Below, piece by piece: positions 25,201 to 33,305 of a stretch of DNA of 64,000 bases; position 1 is the first letter of the stretch, and each line of letters opens with the position of its first letter. The position numbers and the translations under genes were made by a program. Origin of the DNA: a virus; the IMG/VR virus record IMGVR_UViG_3300020205_005279, positions 1 to 64,000 of that record. One strand, given 5' to 3'. The notes under the pieces are model-generated. The model did not search any database. It was not told the origin of the DNA and saw only the letters and a list, made by a program, of their open reading frames with translations.

Positions 25201-25922
25201 ACTCCTTTGAAGCGGATGCTTCGGGGCAAAAGGCGTTTCTTATCGGGTTCTGAGTTTGTGTTGGCGCAAAAAGAAACAGAGTAACCCATCTCTTCGGAAA
25301 TGTCTTTAAGCACTTTTTCGATCTCAGCGCCTTCATCAAAGGCCATATTGACCAAGGATTGGTTGAAGAGCACAGAGCGGGCCTCGACGCCCCTTATAGT
25401 AACCGACGGGTACCTAGAGCCGTGGGATACCGAAAACCCATCCACTCTGAAGTAGAAGTCGGTGCCAAAAGACGTTCCGCCCACGTCGTACCATAGAGAG
25501 AGCATGAGTAAGGCAAAGTTACCCTGTGCATTGACAGGGTCGTTTTTGTCTACGTTTAGGTCTACGTACTTAACGCATTTATCTGCAATTGGATCCTGAC
25601 CCTCAGTACAGGCTGGTAGTAAAATATTATTAGATGCTGCGATGGTAGACGCTGTGTAAATGCTGGCCGCGTCGTACAGAGCAGGCCACGCCAATCCGGT
25701 TAGATACGGATCGGAGATAGTGACCTGGCATTTAGATTGGTTGAGAAAGTTTGTAGCGGCAGTGGGGGTTGTTGTGGAGTCTTGGTTGAGTTGTGAGAGT
25801 CCAGGTTCCCACTTAAGATCAACTGAGAGCTCTTGAATTTGCCGCTCATCAAATACAATAAGCTGTTCCGACCTAAATGGTCGGTAGCCTACACGAGCTC
25901 TACAGCGATAAAGACTTGACAC
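22236..25922 (-). CDS. baseplate hub (gpD/gp27-like) fused to amidase_3, M23 peptidase and phage tail lysozyme domains
   Basis: amidase 'VLLMAGH..NERALN..IEIHND..ILEVG'; M23 'PHVHF', 'HKGID' and 'GNHVIV..HL'; lysozyme 'AGVLANMEKESG..YGLVQW..QQLSFLKGEL'. Confidence 0.8.
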   Translation of the reverse strand: MSSLYRCRARVGYRPFRSEQLIVFDERQIQELSVDLKWEPGLSQLNQDSTTTPTAATNFLNQSKCQVTISDPYLTGLAWPALYDAASIYTASTIAASNNILLPACTEGQDPIADKCVKYVDLNVDKNDPVNAQGNFALLMLSLWYDVGGTSFGTDFYFRVDGFSVSHGSRYPSVTIRGVEARSVLFNQSLVNMAFDEGAEIEKVLKDISEEMGYSVSFCANTNSEPDKKRLLPRSIRFKGVTPDEAIKKVIDSVGGNTLTLPTREYANKISMCTRGEIDQGCSVFYLGKGLYESYEINGQPDLTFLMLNLEQGSNRNNGDQYVSEAFNASSYTVQNITPERRKKALEKVKKVAFPQLFEPVSPHIKGAPRLTGFAWKDSKPAAGQAGGGITVINERLKDANLFGIAPNGTTAISYLSGKVREADTANGRVIISTKFFLQACDTQETKKCFSRQIRQETTGLSNVKVKANDVLEISQEIGSSTAEKPEFTRFFIEGFKNELVTLNPQIVWDWAVPEEELKDAAPKAAPASATNVVPPAPKATSKDWSANTTQKPKKVLLMAGHADFPSGAPNERALNVELVKWAQRNAASYGISDFTEFYFPPSSNIPESDSRSQFKITEQAVASGKQVIEIHNDEVAGKSGVIPPRGGKNIWQSDNALASSYGAFSVNHRDGLGIPNRGGTILEVGRMDAPTTKIFVSGTPAQKEALYKQLMDPTMRAIAAEKARSAGTAAPQQPSSESQGILLGRVGGTGRSSAPHVHFQFSGGPSAGSEAMLTNVANKYFLIGNLPMGSVDRNQGYGAGRNHKGIDFGFQKAGQPVYAVNGASVKQVVETKCTKENSLSDGCGGGFGNHVIVSTPEGEVLIAHLAPQSIPPNIAGLRSSSGGGKTSPNMQAAPATQGLTLETGFKGVPRSLRIIPGRTILSLISDYDSWVENGGPRGDDNGTDPGIWIPSRFKNWFITQCKYKWRDGDLRVDLEGRSAWGTRDIKAPTFPNYLASMRNAGELKNTTDYYGYMRSLGDLHWKTENGKDSTEELCGEAQYWSQAAAQGPDTTTPANTQGSFPAANCQTGNPTQDAIINALYSSGLKTQNGFAGVLANMEKESGVNFNIHNTSRAGNGCTRPESRSRILGSTAYGLVQWCGSRADALASTYKCGRNCSLDQQLSFLKGELQTTYKSTVNKMNNAKTPEEAMEYFMREFEVPANPEFEVGNRSPAARSYFNKIKCNKPTP

Positions 25923-25933
25923 ATTCTACTCGA

Positions 25934-26755
25934 TTAGTCAGTAATAGAAGTTACAGTGGCAGTTGCCGGAGTTGTCTGAGTGGCTCCGGTCTGAGGAGCA
26001 ACTGTGGAGATATTAAGCTGAACAACCTGGCCATTGATAAATCCTTCGCCAGGGACGGTGATAAGAGTGATCGAATCGATTTCGCCACCAATAATTTCCG
26101 CGGTAACTTCTGCCACGGCGTAATTGGAGGGATTAGTAACAGCAGTTGAGGAGACTACAAATACCACGTCTTCGGCCGTATCGTCCGTACCATCCACGGT
26201 AAATCCAGCGCCAGGGGTGGTGAGTGTTAGGGTGGCAATAGCCCCGCTAATTGGAGTTTGTTCAGCCACTCTAGCGATCTCTTTAGCCAACTCATAGGTA
26301 GCAACCATAAAATTAAAGTCTTCTCCGTCGCCCTCTGCAATACCAACAAACCTGGTGGTATTTACAAGAAGAGCATTGAGTATAGTAGCATCTGCAGAAT
26401 ATACGTCACCGTTATTAGCAAGAGCTTCTGTGATTAGTTCAAAGGCACCATAGGCCGCTCTTTTGGCCTCAAACCCCATTGAAGGACCACAACCAATAAA
26501 TGTCTCTACAAATTCTTCACGAATACTAGGGGTATTGCCGGGTTGATTGTAGCTGAAGATAGTGGGCCAGGATAGCGCGAATAAAAGAAAAGTTTGGAGT
26601 TTAATTTTATACTCAAATTGAATGCCAATAAGACGACGCAATTGACCCGCAGTAACCTCGAGTAGAAGAGGCGCACCAACTTTAGGACTAACAACACTTT
26701 CTAGATTGTCGGTAAGTAGTCTATACCCGAATAATTGCTGAGTTGTAATTGTCAT
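25934..26755 (-). CDS. hypothetical virion protein with a Thr-rich beta C-terminal domain
   Basis: 'LTLTTPGAGF' and 'ITLITVPGEGF' repeats typical of cyanophage structural proteins; ATGA overlap with the upstream gene. Confidence 0.6.
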   Translation of the reverse strand: MTITTQQLFGYRLLTDNLESVVSPKVGAPLLLEVTAGQLRRLIGIQFEYKIKLQTFLLFALSWPTIFSYNQPGNTPSIREEFVETFIGCGPSMGFEAKRAAYGAFELITEALANNGDVYSADATILNALLVNTTRFVGIAEGDGEDFNFMVATYELAKEIARVAEQTPISGAIATLTLTTPGAGFTVDGTDDTAEDVVFVVSSTAVTNPSNYAVAEVTAEIIGGEIDSITLITVPGEGFINGQVVQLNISTVAPQTGATQTTPATATVTSITD

Positions 26756-27699
26756 TTTAAAAATTTAGGATGGGTAATCTCCGGGACTCGGAGTATAGAC
26801 TCCCCTAAAGGAGTCAATTCGGCATGTCTTTTAATCTCTGCAAAAAGAGACTTGGAGGCATCCGAAGTTATTTCTACAATAACTTTAAACTCCTTTGAAT
26901 AAGGGGTAAGAGGAGAAACCAATTCTGAAAAACAGGCTTCGATGTTCTTTGAGACAAAATAGGCGTGAATAATACCATGCATAGGCCTGGTGTCCGAACG
27001 AAAAGCCGATGAAAACCTCTCATTGTCTGGATTGGTGCATAGGATTCCGTGTTCATTGCATATCGAAAATAGGGCCATGTGACAGGCCTCATGAACAAGT
27101 TGTTCAAAAAATTTAGGAAAAGTACCCAGGACTAGAGGGTTAAGTACAGTGGCTCCCCATAAAAAGAAATATGTAGCCCCACCAAAACTCAAGTTTTTTT
27201 GTTTTGAAAGATGGCCGGGGGAGGTAATGATAATTACACGGAGCATCTCTTCTACCAATTTGTGGTATTGAGGCGAATGAGAAGAAAGAAGATCTAGACT
27301 TTTATGTAAAGAATTTCGGCAGTATTTAATAACGCCCTCAGAGGGTTGTTCTAAGTCCAGAGGAAACGCAGCCTCAGTGGATAAAGTTTGAAAAATATTG
27401 TCCCACTCATAAGGGAAAAAAGCATTGGCGCCCCACTCCAAGATGGTAGGATGAGCCGGGCGTTTAAGTCTTATAGAGTCCGAAAGAAAGGAAGTAGTTT
27501 TATTTACAGAATTTTCGTCCTCGTTGATTAATGCCTCAACCAAGTTTTTATATGCTAAAAAGGTTAGAGGATGTGGAACGTCCGATAAAAAGTACTTATT
27601 TGCTTCTGTAGAAAAGATCTGATTTAAAGAATTATTTAAGTCATCAATTGTTAAAAGGTTGGCCTTTTGCCATCTATTAGCGCCCTGTGTAGTTACCAT
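26752..27699 (-). CDS. aKG-HExxH family (HEXXH-motif) peptide-modifying enzyme
   Basis: 'SFGGATYFFLWGATVLN', 'LVHEACH' and 'ERFSSAFRSDTRPMHGIIHA'. Confidence 0.8.
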   Translation of the reverse strand: MVTTQGANRWQKANLLTIDDLNNSLNQIFSTEANKYFLSDVPHPLTFLAYKNLVEALINEDENSVNKTTSFLSDSIRLKRPAHPTILEWGANAFFPYEWDNIFQTLSTEAAFPLDLEQPSEGVIKYCRNSLHKSLDLLSSHSPQYHKLVEEMLRVIIITSPGHLSKQKNLSFGGATYFFLWGATVLNPLVLGTFPKFFEQLVHEACHMALFSICNEHGILCTNPDNERFSSAFRSDTRPMHGIIHAYFVSKNIEACFSELVSPLTPYSKEFKVIVEITSDASKSLFAEIKRHAELTPLGESILRVPEITHPKFLK

Positions 27700-27734
27700 A
27701 GTAATTAATTTAATTTCAAAATACTAAGAAGTAA

Positions 27735-28313
27735 TTACGATGCATTTAAACATAATAGAAGGTTTGGTGGTTCACGGTATCCTGGATCAATGATTTTATG
27801 TGGAAGTAGAGAACGGTATTTTAAGTAGTCTTCCATATAGTCGTAGTAGGCGAGGTGCTCAGCTTCCCTCATTAGGAGTTGGTTGCGAATAAAATACGGT
27901 GTGGCGGCAGGGTATTGTTCTTTGATCTCTACAACATGATGGGGGCGACTCCATTCCCAGCTCCTCTTGACAAGAAAAACATGAACCTTAGAGGCCCTAG
28001 AGGAAAAATATGACTCGGCGGCAAAGGCCCATTCTTCTGAAATATTTACATGACGCCGAAACTTATCATAAAAGGTAACTTCTGAAAAACCACGATCACA
28101 AATTACCACCTCGGGCATTGTATCTAACACCGCATCCAAGGGCTGGGTGTACTGCTCAATGGGGGAGTTATGATGGGGTTGGGGCCCCGCAAAGTGGAGA
28201 ACAACAGCGTCTGTACCTTTGTCCGTAAGTTGGTGCAGGGTATTAGAGACGATGGTAGATTTGCCAACTCTATCGGCTCCTAGAACCACAATAATGGCGG
28301 GTTTTGTTGACAT
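27735..28313 (-). CDS. P-loop nucleotide monophosphate kinase (thymidylate/dNMP kinase-like)
   Basis: 'IVVLGADRVGKST' and 'VICDR'; ATG 28313 preferred given the promoter position (alternative 28337). Confidence 0.7.
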   Translation of the reverse strand: MSTKPAIIVVLGADRVGKSTIVSNTLHQLTDKGTDAVVLHFAGPQPHHNSPIEQYTQPLDAVLDTMPEVVICDRGFSEVTFYDKFRRHVNISEEWAFAAESYFSSRASKVHVFLVKRSWEWSRPHHVVEIKEQYPAATPYFIRNQLLMREAEHLAYYDYMEDYLKYRSLLPHKIIDPGYREPPNLLLCLNAS

Positions 28314-28348
28314 AAACAACTTAGGTGGGGTGGGCATTGATTAGTAGT

Positions 28349-28377
28349 ATTATATCACGGCCTTCGCCTCATGTCAA
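28349..28377 (-). promoter_or_regulatory. consensus sigma70 promoter TTGACA-N17-TATAAT with extended TG
   Basis: minus strand TTGACA tgaggcgaaggccgtga TATAAT. Confidence 0.85.
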
Positions 28378-28485
28378 GGGTGGGCGAAGCGCTGGCGCTC
28401 TGGTGCACCGTAGCTTTTTCACTCTTACTTTTTACTAAAGTACTTTAGCTCAGTTGTAAAACTAACTATAACTAACAACTACGGA

Positions 28486-28494
28486 GTTTAAAGT
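28486..28494 (+). promoter_or_regulatory. putative late promoter GTTTAAAGT
   Basis: 31 nt upstream of ATG 28526. Confidence 0.6.
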
Positions 28495-28525
28495 ATGTAT
28501 ATAGAAAATACTACAGAGCAGGAAT

Positions 28526-28867
28526 ATGCCCGCCACCCCAGAACCTCCTTTTCACAGATTTGGAATTAGATTTACATCCAACCCCACTCATAATCTGAGT
28601 TACCTTCAACTTCAACATGATGAAGATGAAGCCGCCGCGTACAGAGGCGAACTATTCCTCAATGAAGTGCTCGATGAAATGTACTACATCGACGCCGGCG
28701 GAGACGCAAGGCGGTTTGGCGATAGGGCCTCAGTGCCATTTTCACGAATTAGTTTTACAGGGTTGAGAGAATTTGCCGATGATGCCGCCGCTGCTGCAGC
28801 TGACCCAGCCGTCCCTGTTGGTGGGATGTATCGTACAGGAAGTTTACTTAAAGTCAGGGTAGTTTAA
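28526..28867 (+). CDS. small virion/fibre-associated protein
   Basis: 'GELFLN' and C-terminal 'FADDAAAAA..VPVGGMYRTGSLLKVR' motif seen in phage fibre proteins. Confidence 0.55.
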   Translation: MPATPEPPFHRFGIRFTSNPTHNLSYLQLQHDEDEAAAYRGELFLNEVLDEMYYIDAGGDARRFGDRASVPFSRISFTGLREFADDAAAAAADPAVPVGGMYRTGSLLKVRVV

Positions 28868-28928
28868 AGTCCATCAGGACGTGAAAACACTACATGATGT
28901 CCCAAAGACATTACATAGCTGACCTTAG

Positions 28929-28968
28929 GATCCGGCAGAAGAACTATGTCTTCTCCGGGTCTTTTTTT
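28929..28968 (+). terminator. rho-independent terminator
   Basis: GATCCGG(C)AGAAGA-actatg-TCTTCT-CCGGGTC followed by TTTTTTT. Confidence 0.7.
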
Positions 28969-28997
28969 ACGTCAAGGAAACAACGTAATTCCATCTC

Positions 28998-29738
28998 ATG
29001 GCTAGAAAATCAACACGGAAACAGCGCCAAATTCTAGACAACACCCTACTCACTGAGCAGGAAATCCCTAGTCCACGGTTTAACGAGCACAAGCCATTGC
29101 TTCCACGAAACCCGAACCAGGTAGATGCTATGAGATACCTGCGTACAAAAACACTTACGCTCCTCTCAGGACCTCCGGGAACCGCTAAAACCCTTCTTGC
29201 TACTTACATCGCCTGCGAAAAACTCGCCAAAAGGGAAATAGATAAAATCTATTACGTCAAACCTGTTGTGGACGTTCCTGGCGAGCAAGGTCTAGGCTTT
29301 CTTCCAGGAAACTTGGACGAGAAAGTCGCTCCGCACGTGGCCCCAATACGTGATGCTCTGGAAGTATTTATGCCAAAAGGCAAAGCTGAATACATGCTTG
29401 CTAAAAAACACGTTGAGTTCTTGCCCATAGACCATCTACGTGGTAGATCATTGCATCGTTGTGTGGTCATTGCTGATGAAATGCAAAACGCTACCACGCA
29501 TAGCCTATTGACAATTCTTACACGCCTTGGAGAAGGCTCGAGTATTGCTGTATTAGGCGACGTAGTTCAACGTGACCTTGGAAATCGGTTTGGCAAAGAT
29601 GGTCTTTCCGATGCTCTTAATCGCCTTCGGTTTCTTCCAGAGGTCGGGCACGTAGAGTTTGGCTTTGAGGACATTGAGCGGTCGCCATTTGTTCGGTCCG
29701 TCATTAAAGCCTACGCCGATCTTTACTCCTCTAAGTAA
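28998..29738 (+). CDS. phoH: PhoH-like ATPase
   Basis: 'GPPGTAKT', 'LGFLPGNLDEK', 'LRGRSL', 'ADEMQN', 'LTRLGEGS' and 'GDVVQRD'. Confidence 0.93.
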   Translation: MARKSTRKQRQILDNTLLTEQEIPSPRFNEHKPLLPRNPNQVDAMRYLRTKTLTLLSGPPGTAKTLLATYIACEKLAKREIDKIYYVKPVVDVPGEQGLGFLPGNLDEKVAPHVAPIRDALEVFMPKGKAEYMLAKKHVEFLPIDHLRGRSLHRCVVIADEMQNATTHSLLTILTRLGEGSSIAVLGDVVQRDLGNRFGKDGLSDALNRLRFLPEVGHVEFGFEDIERSPFVRSVIKAYADLYSSK

Positions 29739-29745
29739 TTTTGTA

Positions 29746-29755
29746 GGTTTAAAGT
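29746..29755 (+). promoter_or_regulatory. putative late promoter GGTTTAAAGT
   Basis: 25 nt upstream of ATG 29781. Confidence 0.6.
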
Positions 29756-29780
29756 ATAATATACGTAGCGGTTTGAGAAA

Positions 29781-32700
29781 ATGCCTAAGTCAAAAAGTGG
29801 CGGGAGACTAAAAATATCCAGGTCCCAACCACAACTCTTTTTTCAGCGCGAAAGTGCTGAAACTGAAGTCAAGTACTTTGGCTTAGAGCGGGACAATGCG
29901 CTGAATGATCTCGAGTCCAGGGATAAGGCCCTGGCCGAGGTTCTTCGAGACATTCAAGATCCTGCAGAGGCTTCTACTCTTGGAACTTTTAACCCTACTG
30001 ACCTTCAGATTCTCGACGGAGTCGAAAGATTTGATCTAAAAAAAGAAGACTTTGAAATTCTTGTTGGCTCTTCTATAAACGCTCAAGATGATAATGGCGT
30101 GGCATCTGCCTTAGTTAATCCTCGCCAACGTATTTCTGATCGCATTGCCCAAGCTGAGCAGTTTGCCGGGCGAGGAACAAACTACCAAGGCCAGGGCACA
30201 GTACTTTATAAGTACTATGTGCCTGAAACTCAGCCCACCTCCTCGGCAAATAAATACTCGCACACCAACCTCCCGCCATTCTTCACCGAGGCTATAACTT
30301 CCTCGTTAGAAAATTCCCCAGATTTTATCCCGGCCAACTCAGCGCAAATTGCTAATACTCACCGGCTTGGGTACATTGAAGACGGGGTTTTTGTCCCTCA
30401 GGTGGAGAACGAGTATTGGTGGAGTGGAGAATACGATACATATTTAAATGAAGTAAGCGAGTATGGTAACGCTACTGAAACTGCACTAACAAACCCCAAA
30501 TTTCCTATTGTTCGCGATGGAAATATGAAGTTTGATCAAATACTTCCAAAGGGGATTAATACTCGTTATAATTGGGGGTTAAGATTTGACGCTTGGTTTA
30601 AAAGAGACTCTGACGCTGCCATAATGAGGTGGGCAGCGCAAGTTAACGGACATCTCCGCATTGACTACTTTGATAAGAGCGGATACAATTCCACAACAGG
30701 GGCCGTAGAAGGGACTTGGAAAACTGCTCTTAATACGGCCGATGGTTCTACTTATTACACTCAGTTTTCAAAAGAGATCCCAGTGCCCAGCCTTCTTGGA
30801 GGAAGGTTGTACTATGTTCAAGGTGGCCCAACCACCCCATTAGGAGCTGGAGATGGTACATTACCTACACAAAGATCAGAGGTTGATGGTTCTGCGTTAG
30901 ACCTAACAAAAACCTATCTTGATAAAGAAGGAAACCCAATTAAAAATTTTGATGATGACTATGTTCCTGTTATTATCAGGTTTTGGTACGGTCAACCATC
31001 AACCGATCCGGCTCAGACAAATGTGCTAACAAAGCAACCTCTGGGCCCAGCAAGTTTTTTTATCGAGCTACTGGACACAAATCTTGCACTTATCGACCTT
31101 CCAAAATGGAATGACTATTCCGCCTCTATAAAACTCGGGTGGGATACTGCCACAAGCGCGTGGGTTGTTAATACCGGTGCCGGGGAAAGCGCAATTGGCG
31201 AGGCAAACTTTACCAACTTTAATGAAAACTTTGAAATTATTGCCCACACTCCCTTAGGAGCAACACAACCTGGAGCTCTATCTGGCTACACTGTACCCTC
31301 TATTGTGATTATTGCCACTAAACTCGCACCGGTACTCGGAGTTACCAGAGCCACGTTTAACATTAGTGGAATTAACCCAACAAACGGGCAAACAATTTGG
31401 GTGGTGGCTAGAAACCGTGTATTCAGTGTCATTCCAGGTGGTTCAAGAAACAGAGATTCTCTCTGGCAAAACTACCTATTCAACCCCAGTCCAACGGACA
31501 AATACAGAAGCGCCGACGATCTTCTAGAGGGGGTAGGTGAGAATTATAAAGACCCAAACCCCGCAAAAGCTACATTTGAAGAAAATTTAGATTTATACAA
31601 AGCTACTTTTGGAAGTCTTCCAGCCCTTAGTACGTACACCTCAACTAGGTATGATGGCACCCTGCCAAACTCCATAACAACTGCTAGCGCGCAAAGGGAC
31701 TATGACTATAACCACGCAAAACTTCTAGCAATTGGCCGGCAAAAAAAGGGAACGACAGGAGAAGTAGGTACTACGGCCCCGTATTCTGGTAAGGATTTAG
31801 CGCCAGATGAGGTTCGTAAAGCCGGAGAAAACTACACATTTTTTGAGGTGGTAGAGAATGAAGCTGGGTTTGGTGGCAATGTAATAATTAATGCGTATCC
31901 GTCTAACGATCTTGGGGTTGTTAGTACTGCCTCAACGTCAACGTATGGCAAAGCGCTTCATATGTTAGATAATACCACAACGTTTTCCAACGCACTACGG
32001 CAAAATATCTCTACTGTACAACTTAACAGATTACCATCAGACGGAGATTTTGCTCTTACGCTAAAAATCCTCTATGAAGAAGTGGATGGGCAGGGAAGAT
32101 TCAGTTACGGGTCCTGGAATGGTTCTTCTTGGACTTATGACAATACCGGGGTAATTGCCCAACTTGCAATGGGAGCAACTTCTAGAAATCATTCTTCTAA
32201 ATCAGGATTTGTAGCAGAGTTTACCAAAGGGGTAAATAACTACGGATTTTATGGGTTTGTGGGGGTGCAAAGAACATCGTTCCCAAGCGCGTCACTTACA
32301 GTAAATGCGGGAGATGTGTCAATTACATCTGCAGGAGGCATTTTCACTCCGGACTCAACTGGGTCTAACAATGATCAGTATATCGGCTCAGAAATTTATT
32401 TCCCTGGAGACGCTACTGTACGGAGAGTAACGTCATATGTTGCTTCTACGGGTGTCGTAACTTTTTCCCCATCTAAGCCTGCCGGGGTATATTCCAACTG
32501 CGAGGTGTACTACAACCACCTCCAACTCGGAGGAGTGTTACCATCGAGCATTGTAACAAGCGCCGGGGCCCAAACTGTTAGAACAAGTATTATTCCCGTT
32601 CCAGGTGCCGGAAACAAAGTTGAAAGAATTGTTCAAATTCGATTTGTATTTAACGCTGCTTACCAGTACCTAAGGGCCGATACGGGCGCTGGGCTTAACT

Positions 32701-33305
32701 TTGGCGAAACACTCTACGTAAAATCTGCTTTAACCCCCACTGAGTCCCGACCATTTGCCCTAGATACAGAACTTCCGGCTCCTCCAGCGGATATTGTGGT
32801 TCCGTTTGGTTACGATAACTCTACGGGGTCGAGTGATCCAGGGCTAGGAGGGCTTTGCTATCCTCCTTACTCCATTCAAAATATAGGTCTTCGAAGCATA
32901 GCCCGCACTGACTCTTCTTTATACGCCACAGGTGAGGGGCAGTTTGATGTCTGGTGGGGAGGAAGAATTGGTAATGCGAGTGATATGGGGCAAAGGTATC
33001 TGTACGTTACCGATAAGTTAATGTTTGATTTTGAGGCAGCGCAACGAAACAGTTTGCTTACGTCTCTCTCGGTGGCACAAAAACCCATCTTTACAAGCGC
33101 AACATACACTCACAAGTTGGAAGTAGAGCTTAACGTTGGGTTGCCAAGCAATGCATTTACAGTAACAAACGCTAACATATACAACGACGTTAAACTCCAC
33201 TCGAATAATAAACCGGTAAAAGACAAATATTACTTATTTATTCTTAAGCAAACTGGGGGTAATCAGCTGAACGTTCTATCAGCCAACTCCCCCTCTTGGA
33301 CTTAA
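29781..33305 (+). CDS. large virion structural protein with a PA14-like domain
   Basis: 'WGLRFDAWFKR..VNGHLRIDY..VPVIIRFWYG'; Thr/Ser/Gly-rich beta composition. Confidence 0.6.
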   Translation: MPKSKSGGRLKISRSQPQLFFQRESAETEVKYFGLERDNALNDLESRDKALAEVLRDIQDPAEASTLGTFNPTDLQILDGVERFDLKKEDFEILVGSSINAQDDNGVASALVNPRQRISDRIAQAEQFAGRGTNYQGQGTVLYKYYVPETQPTSSANKYSHTNLPPFFTEAITSSLENSPDFIPANSAQIANTHRLGYIEDGVFVPQVENEYWWSGEYDTYLNEVSEYGNATETALTNPKFPIVRDGNMKFDQILPKGINTRYNWGLRFDAWFKRDSDAAIMRWAAQVNGHLRIDYFDKSGYNSTTGAVEGTWKTALNTADGSTYYTQFSKEIPVPSLLGGRLYYVQGGPTTPLGAGDGTLPTQRSEVDGSALDLTKTYLDKEGNPIKNFDDDYVPVIIRFWYGQPSTDPAQTNVLTKQPLGPASFFIELLDTNLALIDLPKWNDYSASIKLGWDTATSAWVVNTGAGESAIGEANFTNFNENFEIIAHTPLGATQPGALSGYTVPSIVIIATKLAPVLGVTRATFNISGINPTNGQTIWVVARNRVFSVIPGGSRNRDSLWQNYLFNPSPTDKYRSADDLLEGVGENYKDPNPAKATFEENLDLYKATFGSLPALSTYTSTRYDGTLPNSITTASAQRDYDYNHAKLLAIGRQKKGTTGEVGTTAPYSGKDLAPDEVRKAGENYTFFEVVENEAGFGGNVIINAYPSNDLGVVSTASTSTYGKALHMLDNTTTFSNALRQNISTVQLNRLPSDGDFALTLKILYEEVDGQGRFSYGSWNGSSWTYDNTGVIAQLAMGATSRNHSSKSGFVAEFTKGVNNYGFYGFVGVQRTSFPSASLTVNAGDVSITSAGGIFTPDSTGSNNDQYIGSEIYFPGDATVRRVTSYVASTGVVTFSPSKPAGVYSNCEVYYNHLQLGGVLPSSIVTSAGAQTVRTSIIPVPGAGNKVERIVQIRFVFNAAYQYLRADTGAGLNFGETLYVKSALTPTESRPFALDTELPAPPADIVVPFGYDNSTGSSDPGLGGLCYPPYSIQNIGLRSIARTDSSLYATGEGQFDVWWGGRIGNASDMGQRYLYVTDKLMFDFEAAQRNSLLTSLSVAQKPIFTSATYTHKLEVELNVGLPSNAFTVTNANIYNDVKLHSNNKPVKDKYYLFILKQTGGNQLNVLSANSPSWT

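Noticed and set aside
10772-25922. Bacterial eCIS/T6SS/tailocin locus
   Set aside because: Terminase, portal and phage DNA-metabolism genes indicate a complete phage
26752-27699. Zinc metalloprotease call from HExxH alone
   Set aside because: Flanking motifs (FGGA..LWGA, R.D.RP..G..HA) fit the aKG-HExxH family better
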